From: Lama guanicoe
Lineage: Eukaryota
Length of the DNA stretch: 64,000 bases
Direction of reading: 5' to 3'
Assembly (NCBI GenBank): GCA_013239625.1
Contig: MU053881.1
Location: 10,282,873-10,346,872, forward strand
A program made the translations under genes and the position numbers. Below the pieces are notes generated by a model, which had not been told where the DNA came from, ran no database searches, and saw only the letters and a program-made list of their open reading frames with translations. Of this stretch, positions 11,241 to 24,968 are shown one piece after another (the first letter of the stretch is position 1; the number at the start of each line of letters is the position of its first letter).

Positions 11241-14200
11241 GTGTTCAAATGTTAATATTGATCACACTCTTGTTGCCTGAGAAGGCTTCTACTGGTACTC
11301 AACTCTACCCAGACCAGGTTCTTGGAAATGGTTCTTGCAACGAGTCACGGCTCCACTAACTTGCCTTCATTCCATTTTGTCCACAGGACCTGGTTCTCCA
11401 ACCTTGGAACCCCGTGGTGATTTCTGTACTTGGTTTGCTTTACCTCCTTACAACAAATCAATGCCAAGCCTTATTAATAGGTCTGTCAGAACATATTTCT
11501 TCAGCTTTTTCTTTTTTCTTTTTATTTCTTCTTTTCTTCCCTGTGGAATCACATGAAGTTGCAGATTTTCACCACTCCACATTGATCTTCCCACTTCCAG
11601 TGGCAACGAATTATGGAGACACATAATAGAATAGTTAGTACTAAGGGCTACCTGACCATATTTGCCATAAAACGTAGTTATAAAAATTGCTGGCCTGTGT
11701 CGTTCTCCTTGTATTAAACTATTCCCACTTAACTCTTTGACAACTGTAATTCTTTAATTTCCTTTAATACGAATCTTCCTGAAGATTTTTTTGATCACAT
11801 TTAGCTCATTAAAATCTTTACTTCTCTGAATTATTTTCTCATCTGAAATACTTGTGTAATCTACTATTTTGTTATATGTTACATATTAATGTTCTCCCCC
11901 ATGAAATGACTTCTTGCCTTTTAAATCTTATTGTAACTCATTCAAAAGAAGTGATCTGTTTCAAGTTACTTTATGTGGGTCCCACCACACGTTCTAGCAG
12001 AGTGCTAAGTGCAGTTTGTGGTTAATATCTTCGTACTGATGGATAAGTACAAAAAATTCTAATGATCAATACGCAATTAGCATCTTCATCTTTAAGTGCC
12101 ATGCGATTCAAATGCTACAGAACTTCTTCAGTACTTGGTTGATTTCTCAGACTTATGTGCAGTTTCTTTTCTTAAAATACTTAAGCATGGTCTGCTAGTC
12201 AGGAAAAATAATTTCCAAATCTCTCTATGAGTAAATATAATTTTCAGAGAGCTGGCTTTAGTTATTATCATCATATTTCTTATTAGATCCAATTTCTGAT
12301 CACCTTTAAATACATTTTATTTCAGTTGTCGTGCTGGCAAATTCTTAATTAATCTGATTTTCCTTCGTGGAAATTTTGACCACAATAAAGTTCATAATAA
12401 ACCTTCAGAGACTTATATAAAACCAGGCCTAATGAATAAATTGTGACCTAGCGCTGGCTTCTAAAGGCCATTTTGTCTTATTCCAAATCTCTAAGGCTAT
12501 TTTTAAACTGGAGGTAGAAGGTGAAATAAAAGGAATTTCTCGATTTGTTCTAAAACATTTCTGGAGCTGGCAGAATGGCCCTCCAGTGAGGAGCCACCAG
12601 GGCCTGCCAATCTTATAGTGGGTCTCAAGAGCCTACTGAAGTGCTGGCTTAAAGCTTTGAACATAATATTTATTACTGCAGAGTGTCTTCTAACTGCACT
12701 TCAACTCTAATACTATATAATGCTAAGTCTTAACTCCAGGCCAGCTTACTGATATCATAGCTTAAGCATTTGCATATTTCCACTGGATTGGTGGTGATAA
12801 AAAATCTTAAAGTAATAGTCAGTTTCCAAATAACCCTTAGGTTTCTCCCCAAACCTGGGCAGTAACTGGAAGTCATGTGTTGCCTCTTCATTTACTGTGC
12901 CCTCTTTGTTCTATTTATTTACAATGGCAAGTTGCTTTTGGTTGCCGTTTTGAACCTATACTGATGACTCACACCACTTCTGCTGCAGGGTGATAAAGAA
13001 TTACTTGTTTCTCCAGAATTGTTGACTATTTTGAGAATCCTTACGGTAAGCAGGTTCTTGTAAACAAAAGGATTTTCTAAATACAGAGGACAGACATGAT
13101 GGATGGTGGCCCATCCATTTATTTGGATGCATCCATATGTTGGCCTGAATTAATAAACAAAAAGACTGATGGCATGCGTTGTGGGGAAAGAAATAAGGTG
13201 TTACTAAGTACTATTAAGGTGCCATTTTAAGGACCATACAATATTAACTATGTTTTAACTGTGTGCTCATTATTAAGTGTATTTTTATGTGTCCATATGC
13301 GCACAAATGCATGTGTGTGCACTTTTTTTTTTTAACATGTGGTTAAATTCCTTGGTTCATCCTCTATCACTGGAAATGGCTGCAAAACAAACTTTCTCAT
13401 TATCTGATGCTCCTGTGTTACACTGCTTGCTAGCCGTCACGACTTCGGCCTCCGTTTCGAGAACTCCTTGGAGGAAGAGTGCCTGAAGAATGCTGTTCAC
13501 AAGGATTCTAAGTGTTTAGAATGCTTTCCTGATTGACTAAGTCAGTGACACACAAAATCTGACCAGATTTCTACCAGTCACACTGATGACAAAAGGCATT
13601 TAGACTGAAATCCTGACGCTGCCCCCAGTCATGAGAGCCACTACGCCCACTGGGAGTTTTCTGCCAGCTCAGTTATGGGGTTTTGCTATTTTTATAGCCT
13701 TTTCTTAAATTTAAGCCTAATGGACACAATGCATCTTGGAAAAAAGAGGGTGCAATACATATGCCTCTCAATGTGAGATGTGAAGGCTAGTAGGCACTTA
13801 CATGATTCTAAACATGTATATTTTTATTTAGTGGAGCCTAGAAACTTTCTGAGAATTTTAGAAACTATCCTTCAAATTGGGCAGTTCTATGGAAAATAAG
13901 TGGGGGGACTGTGAGCCCTCCCTGCCCCCAGCATCTACCTTCTGCTCTTCTCCCCTGGAGCTGGTGGGAGAATCTCCCAGATATCCCCAAGGTAGCACAT
14001 GACTCACTTTGGAGATGGAAGGAATCTGTCCTACATCGGGAATAAAATTTATAATGTAAAAAAAAAAATCTGTCTGTGTCATATCTGTCCCTGTGATACT
14101 GTGTTATTTGATGCCACATCTCCAGGACGTCTTTGGCAAGAAAACCAGTGTCTGCTTCCTCGGTGAGCTCTTTTCTGCACTGCTGCACAGAGATTTCTCT

Positions 14201-14476
14201 TTGAATCCCTTACCTTTTATTTGCCCAGCTGTTCCAGTTACTCCTCTTGGTCTCTTTGCTTACCCACTTCTTACAACTCTCAGTCTTGCCCCCAGTCAGG
14301 TTACGACCCTCTGGTTCTCAGGTTGAGATAAGGGAGACATGAGGAACAGCTGCTGGAATGAAGGACTCCCAAAGAGTAAACGCCAGCATTCCATTTCATG
14401 CAATTCTCCTTTATACTCTTCAAGTTGTCAGAATTAAAATAATTTTTTTCTTTAGAACATTTATTGTTTCTGTACA

Positions 14477-14610
14477 ATTTATTTATTTATTTTGGGAGGG
14501 AGTTAGCTAGGTTCATTTCTTTCTTTCTTTTTGAGTGGAGGTACTGGGGATTGAACCCAGAGACCTGGTGCGTGCCGAGAACGCGCCCTACCATGGAGCT
14601 GTACCCTCCC
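14477..14610 (-). mobile_element. tRNA-derived SINE resembling camelid Vic-1
   Basis: Minus strand reads GGGAGGGTACAGCTCCATGGTAG...GGGTTCAATCCCCAGTACCTCC (A and B boxes), then an A-rich linker, AACCTAGCTAACTCCCTCCC and an (AAAT)n tail. Confidence 0.85.
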
Positions 14611-15528
14611 TGACGTCAGAATGTCTTTGAAGCATTAAATAGCAAGATGATGCTTGCTGTACGTTTTCCTCGGTATTTCCTTCTATCATGTGGCTTTTCC
14701 CCCAGGTTGTCGGCTAGATATTTTATATCATGGCTTCAAGGGACCGAGTGGGCTCAGGAAGGCCACCTCCCACCTCAGCACAAGAGAGGAATGCTCAAAG
14801 GCCATCCATGGTCTTTGAGTTTAGGCTTCAGGCTCCAAAAACGAGAATGAAATGTGGGGCATGAGCAACACATTCAGGACACGACTTAACATGAAACGGT
14901 GACCTACATTTCCCGGAGTTAGGAGGAAAAGGAAGGAAGTAGAGGATGCTAAGAGTCAAGGGACATGAGTCCCCGAGAAAGAGAGCTTTGTTCCCTGCTG
15001 TGTAGACCAAGCCTCAAGCTGAAGGGAGTTGAGAGGGCTATCCCTGGGAAGCTGGGTATTAGGGAGAATCGGAGCTTCACTCTCTGGGTAGAACCCCAGG
15101 GGAGTTAATGAGATGACAGACATCACAGAGTTTGAGATGCGGGGGGCCTGAAAGAGCCTCACTGACTCCCCTGAGCCAACGGCATCAGAGAACAGCGTTC
15201 AGAGCGCTTTGAAGGACCTCAACCAGAAGACTCCTTGAAGATGGAACTGAAAGCTGATGCATCTTGGACGAGTGATGTGAAAACTGGATGACTGACAGAC
15301 ACAGTGAGAAGCCCCTGCCCACAGCACTGAAACTCCTACCACCATCAAACAAGCCCGGCCTCTCCGTGCATCTATGTAAGCTAAATACACGTGGGAAGGG
15401 GGAGGAAAAAGAAGAACCAACACAGTTTAAGCCTACATGAAAGCTCATACTTGAAATTAAGAGGGGTTCTCAACATTAAATCATATTTTTTGCCACCCAT
15501 CTGAAGAGTTAGGTGTAATTCCTATCAG

Positions 15529-15530
<2 letters not shown>

Positions 15531-15564
<34 letters not shown>
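15531..15564. repeat. (AC)17 microsatellite
   Basis: Seen directly in the sequence. Confidence 0.97.
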
Positions 15565-15566
<2 letters not shown>

Positions 15567-15734
15567 CTATATATAAGAATATATTATTTAAAATATCACT
15601 TTTCTATAGGATGCAGGGTCCTTTTTATTTAGATGTCATTTACAAATAAAAATAAAATAGAGAAGGAAAGAAAAGACCTGTAACATAAATTGCTGTCTCT
15701 CTGATATAAGTAATATGGTGTGCTATAGGGTGCT

Positions 15735-15870
15735 TCACAAGTACTTAGCATTTTCATGAAACCTGTGTGATAAATACTATTATTGCCATTTCACAGAATA
15801 GAGAGAACCAAGGCATAGAGGTCAAAACACGTCTCAAGGCTATTAAAAAAGTATCGAGCTAGGCTTCAGT
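15735..15870 (-). mobile_element. MIR relic
   Basis: ctattattgccatttcacaga...gaaccaaggcatagaggtc matches the MIR core. Confidence 0.6.
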
Positions 15871-18613
15871 GCTATGCTCATATACATTCAGAGCCCCTCA
15901 AACCCTTTTTTAATTTCCCATCTAACAAAGAAAGGTTAGTTGAAATAACCAGATAAGGAAGGATACTAAAAATACACATACACACACTACATTTTTGTCT
16001 TGAATCATGAAGAAAATAATCTAAATCTCCCACAACTTCAACCTTAAATGTGAACATAAAAGATACTGATATCTAAATTAAAAAAAAATTCTCCATGATC
16101 ATATTAAGAAATCTATTAAACATATCATTAAATCTTGCCTTTGAAAACGGATCACAGGTTTTTCATTATAAATGTATTTAGTAAGAAGATTAAATAATGG
16201 TCAGAGGAGTTAAAAAAATGTGAACCCAGAAATGGTTCATAATACACATCTTGATTATTATGAAAGACTGTTAAGAGCGACAAATACCGGACTCTGGCTT
16301 GTAAATCGAACTTAAAACACAAGAGGGATGTAGAACCTAGAATTTGATTATTTGGATTTTATACCGCTAATGCTTTAGAAATACGATACATACAAAGGGT
16401 TTGCAAAACGTTATCTGGTCATTAGCATAAAGAAGATATCTATTTTTTTCCCAGAGCTAATAAATTCTAGTTAACAATGAATAAAATAACTGAAAACAGT
16501 GAAGGAGCTGGAAATATCAGAAATCACTGACACTTCGAAAATCTTGTTTACCAGAATTAGAGCTCGATCTGATGGAAACAAATTCGTTATTTACATAATC
16601 CAGAGCTGACGGATAACAGCGCGCAATTGTGAGTCAAGTAAGAAAAATTGTTACTTGAATCCAAAACATTCCACAAATCAATCAACACAACAAATTATCG
16701 GTGTGATAATATATTCAACACATTTGACATTTACATTAATTGAAGGTAATGAAGAAAATATTTTTTGTTGTTTGTTGGATGAAGTTAAATGGGCTGGAAA
16801 TGCATATGAATAAAACATCATTATTACTCTCACTGTACACCTGTTCAAATTTCTACTGACAATTTGATATTTTTATTAGAGTCCACATGTAAAGATGCCA
16901 AGCACAAACAGCAATTTTTTTACACTCACAGGATCAAAGTAAACAAGCAGTGTTTTGTGCCCAGCTCTCTCAAACCACGGCGCTAGGAAAAGTGCTTAAC
17001 TAGCCCCCGAACACGGCCACTTAGTCATGACTTCTGGTTGTATAAATTATTTACAGTTTGCTAGGTAAGAGGCTGGTGGAAAATGCCTTTCTCAGCTGCT
17101 TGATTGACAGTATAATTATACTGTGTTTTTGTTTTAAGCACTGTTATGCAGAATCGTAATGCCATAAAAAGTAAATGGGAATTTTATGAGCTTTTAACTT
17201 TGACAAGGTCATGCTGAAGCGTACCAAAGAGATGTCATGAAAAGCCATAGCCGTTATTAGCTGTGTCCTGGAAGTGCCACTGCACCTCGGAGCGTCACTT
17301 GGGTTAAAACATATACCCATCCCATCCACCCCGGCAGAGGAAGCGAGGGCATGACGAAAACCACACAAGCAGTGGGTTCACTTCAATCTCTAAAGTTTCC
17401 TTTGCTTCTCTCCTGTGAAGCCTGGTTAACAAGTTCAATTTTACACAGATAAGAAAATGAGACACTAAGCAATCTGCATTGTTTTCAGTTGGATTTTATT
17501 CTTGGTCTTATCTTGTCATATCTCAGAGGACTTACTCTCCTCTTTTTTTACCTGCTTGCTTTTGATGCTTTTCTTTTCTTTTCTTTTAATTTTTAAGCAT
17601 GCCGAGACAGTGGTGGCGGCAGTGACAGCGGATGGTATCAGCCACTGTTACAGTGCAGGTGTCCCTAGGACTAGGGCGGCAGCCGTGCATCCTCACATGG
17701 TACCCCAAATTTGCCTCCAAACAAATGCCTGTTCTTTTACAACTGCAGTCAAATAAATAGAACAGATGGGCTTTTAAGGTCTTTCTCCAAAGGCTTATAT
17801 ACCACGTGAAACTCAGTTTCTCTAACTTGGCAGAAAGGGAGTGTACCATCCACCCAGCGGGGATCTGAACACGTGGTTCTAGCTGGTTGCTGACCCAAAG
17901 TGGGAACGGAAGGTTAGCTTGGATGAGGTCTTTTCTTTCACAAAATTATCTGCATTTTTTGATGTGTTTCTCAGCACTGCTATCTTTGATCTTGTTGTCT
18001 TCAGCTTCCTGATATTGCGACAACATTCCAAGTCTTTGCATTATTTCCTTTTTTTTGTTGCCCCAACAGAATGAATACATGAATATTTGTCTAGCGCATT
18101 TTGCTCCAGCTCCAGTCTGTGACAACATATTCTTTCATTTCTCTCAAGTCATTTATTCTTTGTGCTCAGACTCCATGACCGCTCTAAGAAAATGAGAAAG
18201 GAGCATGCCATGATGATGGTGGCATTGGCGGGGCACAAATGTCACTTCAGATTTTCTTGTCAACCTACATTTCAAACGCTGCCCATCTTGGCTGGGAATG
18301 AGTGATTGCTCAGCGGTGATTCCTTGGATCCATCATCTAGGAGTAAATTGTTCTGAATAATGACCTCTTCCATCTTTCCTACTTGGAATATATATTACAA
18401 GATGCCCAGAAAAATACTATTTCAGCTCAGTTGTAATTCAAGTTCACCATAAATGCCAGGCAGAAATCTTGGGAGTCTTGGGCCCCTCAAATGTGAAACA
18501 TGGTTAGGAATCAGATTCAAGCTTCTGACAATTGTCTGGGTCCATTTGCTTTCAAAATTCTGCTGGAGAGTGAATGTGTACAGTGATTTCAATGGAAATT
18601 TCATGGGCAATCA

Positions 18614-18616
<3 letters not shown>

Positions 18617-18645
<29 letters not shown>
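18617..18645. repeat. (TG)n microsatellite
   Basis: Seen directly in the sequence. Confidence 0.97.
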
Positions 18646-19106
18646 CGGGAGAGAGGAGGTGGGGAGAATTTCACTTTCGCAATTTTTTAGTTTGAAAACA
18701 AAAAACAGAAATTTGTTTTCTGTGGTGTAGTGGTACAAGGTGCAGTATAATAATCTGATTGCTTTAGGTGTGAAACTAAATTTTCCACTCCTAATACACC
18801 TGAGTGAACTGATTTAAGTTCTTCTTTATCTCAGCCACAGAAAGAAGGAGAGACAAATTGCCGCCTTCTCTCATGCGGACCTGCTAGGGGTATTCAAGTC
18901 TCATCTGGTGTTACTAACTTATCTTGGAGGATGTTTACAAAGGGATGCTTTGGACGCAGTGCCGACATTCCCACAGAAAGGTAAAAGGTTTCTAGCTTTG
19001 TGGTTGTACCTGTCTCAGGAGCTGTGGTGTCAGTTTTTAGACGTTATCCTAGGTACCAGAACAGATTCAACTCTCTTGCTTTATGTACCGTTTTACTTGT
19101 GTATGA

Positions 19107-19152
19107 GTGTGTGTGTGTACCTGTATACACACACACACACACACACACACAC
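19107..19152. repeat. (GT)n followed by (AC)n, an inverted compound microsatellite
   Basis: gtgtgtgtgtgtac-ct-gtatacacacacac... Confidence 0.9.
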
Positions 19153-19390
19153 ATTATCCGTATGTGATCTTGTGGCTGTACAAATGTATGTGTGATCCAA
19201 ACTCATTGACACTGTATCACATGTTAAATTCACTAAGAAGGATTCTTTTAAAAGGTTTCAATGTAATCATTTCTGAAAAGTCATCCATTATTCAAAAGTA
19301 TCTATACTGTAAAAATAGGTTCAAATGTTTCTGATTTTTTAAAGAGAAGGTATCTCTAAAAGAGGTCTTTGTTCTTCCCTTGCATATGGG

Positions 19391-19567
19391 ACACAAAATG
19401 CTATGATAAATCACAGAGAAAAAAATGTGACAATGAGTGTGTATATGTCCATGAATGACTGAAAAATTGTGCTGAACACTGGAATTTGACACAACACTGT
19501 AAAATGATTATGAATCAATAAAAAATGTAAAAAAAAAAAAAATAAATAAATTAAAAAAAAAAATAAA
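19391..19567 (+). mobile_element. Severely 5'-truncated L1 3' end, same young subfamily as 1-5618
   Basis: Nearly identical to 5468-5605 with only a few substitutions, followed by a long A-rich tail. Confidence 0.95.
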
Positions 19568-20344
19568 GGGATGATTTACCTAAGAAATAGTAGGTATAGC
19601 TGCATGATAGTTAAATTATTTATTTTCCTTCTACTGAATGAATGTGTACAAGAAAACCCTGGCATCTATTTTAAATATTACCAAGTATTTTAAACATACA
19701 CTAAATGTGAGTGATGTTGGGATCACAAATTGACAGCAGCAATACACCTCTGAGGTCAAAATCACAAACCAATTTTTCTAACCTGTGCTTTTAATCATTA
19801 AATCTAAACTCTTTAGTTAAGGAAATCACTCACATTTTGGTTAACTGGTTTAGACTTCATTTAAACAGAACAAAGATTATGAAGAACAATTCAAAAGTCA
19901 CTTGGATAAGAGTTATATGCTGACCATCTGCATTCTAGGTTTTATCTCTAAGTGCTCTTCAGACGTTCCCTTGCAAAGGTGTTTTGGCTAACTCAAATTT
20001 GTTTTCAGAAAAGAAAATAAAATCACTGAGATTGGATATATTGCAATGTCATCAAATTCTTCCATGTCAACTGGATTCCATAACTAAGACACATTTTTCT
20101 GATGAACATTTTTTCTCAGATCAACAGTGTGAAAGATGGAACATCCTCGCTTGATGTAAAAGCTAATTTATTTAAAATATATTCACTGAGCACTTACTCA
20201 TCTAGATCTCCACATGAGTAATACAGGGAAAGATAAGCATGATTCCTCCCTCATGAAGTTATAAGGACGACAAACAGCAATCAGGATTCCAAACTTCCAA
20301 TGAAACACAGCTCAGTACCTTCTATAAAGTCCTGGTAAACTTAA

Positions 20345-20527
20345 GACAGAGATGCACAGACTTCTATGCATCTCAGAATCACCTGGTGTTCCTTGAGAAA
20401 AACGAATGCCTGGGCCTTTCCTCCGTGTTTCTGGTTATGTAGATGTGTGGCAAACCCTGGGCATCTGTATTTTTAAAAAGACCTCCAAATAACTCTTATC
20501 TACAACAAAGTCTGACAGCTAATGGTC
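20345..20527. mobile_element. MER5-like hAT-Charlie element
   Basis: atctcagaatcacctgg...tgcctgggcc...cctgggcatctgtatttttaaaaagacctcca. Confidence 0.7.
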
Positions 20528-22439
20528 CAAAATGCAATTTTCAACCTTGCTTTTGTTTTTTAACATCATAAATATTAAAAGACTGATGTATTATGTAAAC
20601 ATTAATAGATGGATAAAGAATAACAGAAAATACTTAGCTAAAAGCCTATAGTTGGGGCTGGACTTAATTTTGTGCTTATATTCTCTGTTGGCACTGAGTA
20701 TTTTTTAATGCTAATGATCAATATCTTAGCTTTTAGAAAGTAAATCAGTCAAGTTTTCAGAAAAGAATTTGTTAGCTCATATACTTAAGAAGTAATATGG
20801 TGGTAACAATGGCTTGAGGTATGGTTCAACCCAGAGGTTTACAGTATCTCTTAATTCTGCCTTCCTTCATGTGTTAACATGACATTCAGAATGATTTTCA
20901 ATTCCATCAGCAATAGATACGTACCAGTTTCACATGCTATATTCTTAAACCACACCATGCAGAAAATGACTTCTTTTTACCCACTAAAGTGACCGAGATT
21001 TGTGTATTTCACTCCACTCCAACCGACTTAGATGAGACATCCATTGTGGAACCAATACCTGAGCTAGAGAAATAGGACAACGCTGACCAACTTACACCAA
21101 TTAGGGTCCACCTGGAGCTGGGAAGGGGGTTGTTCCAGCACACCACAAACAATACCGCTGCACAACAGAGCAGAGGTAGAGTAGATTCTGGGGAGATAAT
21201 CCCAGTGTGCAGAACTGGAGAAAATGGCACAAACAGAAATGGAAATCATTTCCCCAAGCTAGAACACAGTACTAACTCTAAACCTTGCCAAGATGTTTCC
21301 ATTCTTTCTCTTGAATACCTTTTCTTCAAATTATATGAATCAAGGAGAACATGATCTTGAACTTAGGAAATCATGAACTTAGGAAAAATAAACACGGTGG
21401 CCATTTAACTTCACTGTGGGTGTCACAGAGTGGCAGGGCAAGTGGGTAGTAAATGATATACCGTGGGTAGCATGTGTATGATCACATAACCCACAGAGTG
21501 GGTAACAATGTTGTTAATTCTGCAAAAGTGAGCATGAGGGGAGTAGAAAATAGTACAGCTTATCATGCACCGTAAGATGACAGTTTAAAGGAAATCATGG
21601 TCAAATCCATGCAGGAAGTGGACTGATGACAAACTGCACAGAGGTGAGTCACTCTAAGTTTAAAAGGACTGTGTCAGGGACAGCCCCTGAATTTCACTTT
21701 GCTGCCTTTGGCTCGGGCCAGAGAAGGAACAACGGGAAATCTCTGGAGTGTGTTAGGTGTGAGGATGCAGGTAAACCCAGGGTTTAACTTCCTTGTGGCT
21801 GTCAGTGCCACCATGCAGTGCTATGGGACTGCTCGGAGGATTGCAGAGAATGCTGTCTCTAAGTTCTGCTTGAGAAAAAGAATCCATAAGAAAGAAATTC
21901 CAGACTGTGTGGATCACTAAGATATTTTACTTATGCATGATGGTGAATGGCTTGGGTTTTGGAGTTGGCATGGGTATCAACAACAGAACTCCTTATCTTT
22001 ATGGCAGGGGGAATAATAATAGAAGTGACCCCTGAGCATCTCTGTAAGAGACATGGTAATGTACCTGCTGCAGCATGTTATAAGATCGAATAGAGAAAAG
22101 CAATAGTTCTTTCCAAGTCATCTAATGAGGGCTTCCTCTTGATCCTTGGTATACCACCTCTACTATCAGAAGTAGGAGAGCATCCATCGTGGTGCCTACG
22201 TGGGCTTGATAAAAGCCCCTATTTGCCTCCAGCCCACTCTTTCAGCTCAGTCAGGTTTTAAACAATTATTTTGAGTCTGAGTGTGACACATAAGGATGGA
22301 TGCCTGCCTCTCATCAGAAGACAGAAACTCAGACCTACAGCAACCAGGCAGGGACAGTAAATGAATGAATCATTCCACTTGCACTGTGATAATCAGGAGC
22401 ATGTGGGCCCCATCTGAAGTGGGGAACAGACTCTAACAA

Positions 22440-23280
22440 GCCCTGTCCTCGGCTACCATTTTGAAAATATGGGTCTCAAACTGCTAGATCTTCTAATTCT
22501 TCAAGACAAGCTAGAAATCACGTTGTAAATGTGAAATACCCCCATTTAAATAACTTAAAAAGAAAACAGATTATATAAGCAAGTAACAAAGGTGTGTAGG
22601 CCAGATGTGACTTGTGGGCTCCCTGGTTCCTCCAACTGACCTTTGTGAATCATCCAATAATGGAACAAAAGCTATGTTCTCATTGCTTTTTTTATTCTAA
22701 ACTTCAACCAGCTTCTCTCAATCTGCAATTTTTCAGTCATCGAAATGGCTGTGTCTCTCAATAACATTCTCATTTGTGACTCTTAATTGTTGGCCAAGGA
22801 TGAGAGTCACAAACTCAAACACCTCCAGAAGCAAAGCATTTAGAGCTAATATTTCAAGTGGGCTGGACATACAAGGCTAGAGAGAGAGAGAGAGATTGTG
22901 CTGCATGAAATAGTACATAACTCCCCTTAGAAGAGAGTCAGGAATGTATCTTTCAGGCCAGAACAGTTTGAAATGAAAAAGAGTGCTATTAACAATTGTA
23001 TCAGATGAAACTGATGTAAAAGGGGACACACTGGAATATACGGTCATCCTAAGAGGTAAGGAATACTCCAATTCGGCCACTGCTCATGTAGGATCTTTAA
23101 GAACATGTGATTCATGAAAAAAAAAAAGCCAGAGATGGGCATTTTATGGTATACCTGCTAATTTTTTAACATTGGTTGATCATTTAATTTTTAATTTTTA
23201 ATTGAAGCAAAAAAAGGAAACCCACCACCCAACTGTGTCTGTCCGTCAGATCTTGCCCTCTGCCATCCAGCTTGCAATCA
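22440..23280 (+). mobile_element. Two degenerate hAT-Charlie (MER103-like) relics, ~22440-22630 and ~22800-23280
   Basis: tgctagatcttctaattcttcaagacaagctagaaatc...taggccagatgtg, and gagtcacaaactcaaa...agccagagatgggcattttatg. Confidence 0.5.
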
Positions 23281-24872
23281 TACTACAAGGCTGTGCATTT
23301 ACACCTTGTTCTTCCTCCCAGTATGTGTTTCTGATTGAATGTTCTCTTTGTCCGTCGTTTGCTTTGGGTGCCCTAATTTGACCCTGTCCATGTGAACATG
23401 ACTTCTATCCATACCATTCATTAAACTTGATCTCTGGAGACTGAAAATTCTCCCACCATCTCCCAGTCCTACTTTGGCCATCCACTTCTGGGTCTCTGCT
23501 AATGGCAAGTCTTGTCCCTGCCCATTGCAAAAGTGGCGCCCTTAGCCTCACCTTGCAATCCTGGTCTTAACATCTCATTGTCAGTGGCAGGTGCTTAGAA
23601 AAGAAGCTCTTTGAACTGGTACTTCTATTCTTTGGCAGGAAGTTACCTTTGTCAAACTTACTAACTATAAGACTATTGGCAAACATAAAATAATGACAGT
23701 TCTATATTGTAAACACACAATTGGTGAACTATTTCATAAATAAATATGGCCTTCATAAAGCTACCACAAATCCCGAAGCTGAATATAAAATGTACCGGCA
23801 ATGGTAAATATAACATTAGCGAAATTTTCATAATTGCACTATTTTGTTCAGAAATTAAGGGATTTTCAAAGTGAAGCTCTCTAAATGTTATATTTAATAC
23901 ATGCATACTTTAAAAAAAACTCTCAGCAAATGAATAAATGCATCAGTGAAAGCAATACATCTAGAGTTAAATTTGTGCTTATATGATGTACAGTGATTTC
24001 ATTGCATGTACATATTTAATAGGTGTGTAATCTTCTAGTTTGAATGAGAGTCATCATATATGCAGGCGCCAAGAATTGGCAAAGAAAATAAACATTAAAT
24101 TGAGTTTAAATGTTCTTCAAAATTGATTATAGCGAATTACCCAAACTAAAGCTATATTTAGAAGTAAACCTAGGAAATCTTGTTTTGGCAGATGATAGAG
24201 GTCTTCTGACTAAAGATGTACAAATTCATCCCGAGGGCTTAGAAGAGTGCTTCTGAGCCGAGGAGGAGCAAAGCGAGGCAGGCTCTTTTCACTTCACTGT
24301 CACAGTCAAAGCTATACACCGATAAATTTTGCATTTTGATCCAAGATCCTAGTTTCAAGTAAGTGTTATTTCTGACAATTCTAAAGCTAGTCGACATATT
24401 TTTGACTCTGCACTTGACCGTAATTGGGCACAATGAAATCCTTCCTTTGGTCAGTACACGTTCAAGTATCTGAACTTCAAACGATTTGATTTCTCTTTAT
24501 TCACCTCTCACATCCCCTCATCACACTTCTGTCCCACATGTATTCACAGAAGAATGTCAATATTTTCGTAAGTCAAGTTGTTTTGTCTTCTAGAGCTCAT
24601 CAGGTCTTCCCGTGGTCTTCAGTACACAGCATTCTTCATGCTTTACATACACTTAGAATTAACTTTATTTTTATATTTTATGCCCATATTTCATTTCTAG
24701 TTATCTGTTTATAGTCTGTGAACAGGCAGTGCTCTAGACTAGGTGACTACAAAGATGAATATAAGTGATTGCAGCCATCAAGCAGCCTTGAGCTGGCAGG
24801 ACAAGGGAGACAGAATTAACACGGGGTAATAACACAGTAACTACTGCCTCCCCCACTTCCACTCGCAAAATC

Positions 24873-24968
24873 TATAATGTCTAAGACTTGCCAACTGATT
24901 CCTATGTAGCATTATCTCGTTACAACGTCTAAGGCTTGCTAACCGATTCCTATGTAGCATTATCTCAT
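24873..24968. repeat. Two-copy 48-bp tandem duplication
   Basis: tataatgtctaagacttgccaactgattcctatgtagcattatctcgt followed by tacaacgtctaaggcttgctaaccgattcctatgtagcattatctcat. Confidence 0.95.

Noticed and set aside
13099..13136. Short hairpin atggatgg/ccatccat and the palindrome ggatgcatcc
   Set aside because: The stems are far too short for a pre-miRNA and are expected by chance.
14530..14610. Possible tRNA gene
   Set aside because: It is the tRNA-like head of a SINE, with a degenerate A box and a SINE tail.
21358..21388. Direct repeat tgaacttaggaaa x2
   Set aside because: A trivial slippage duplication, not an array.
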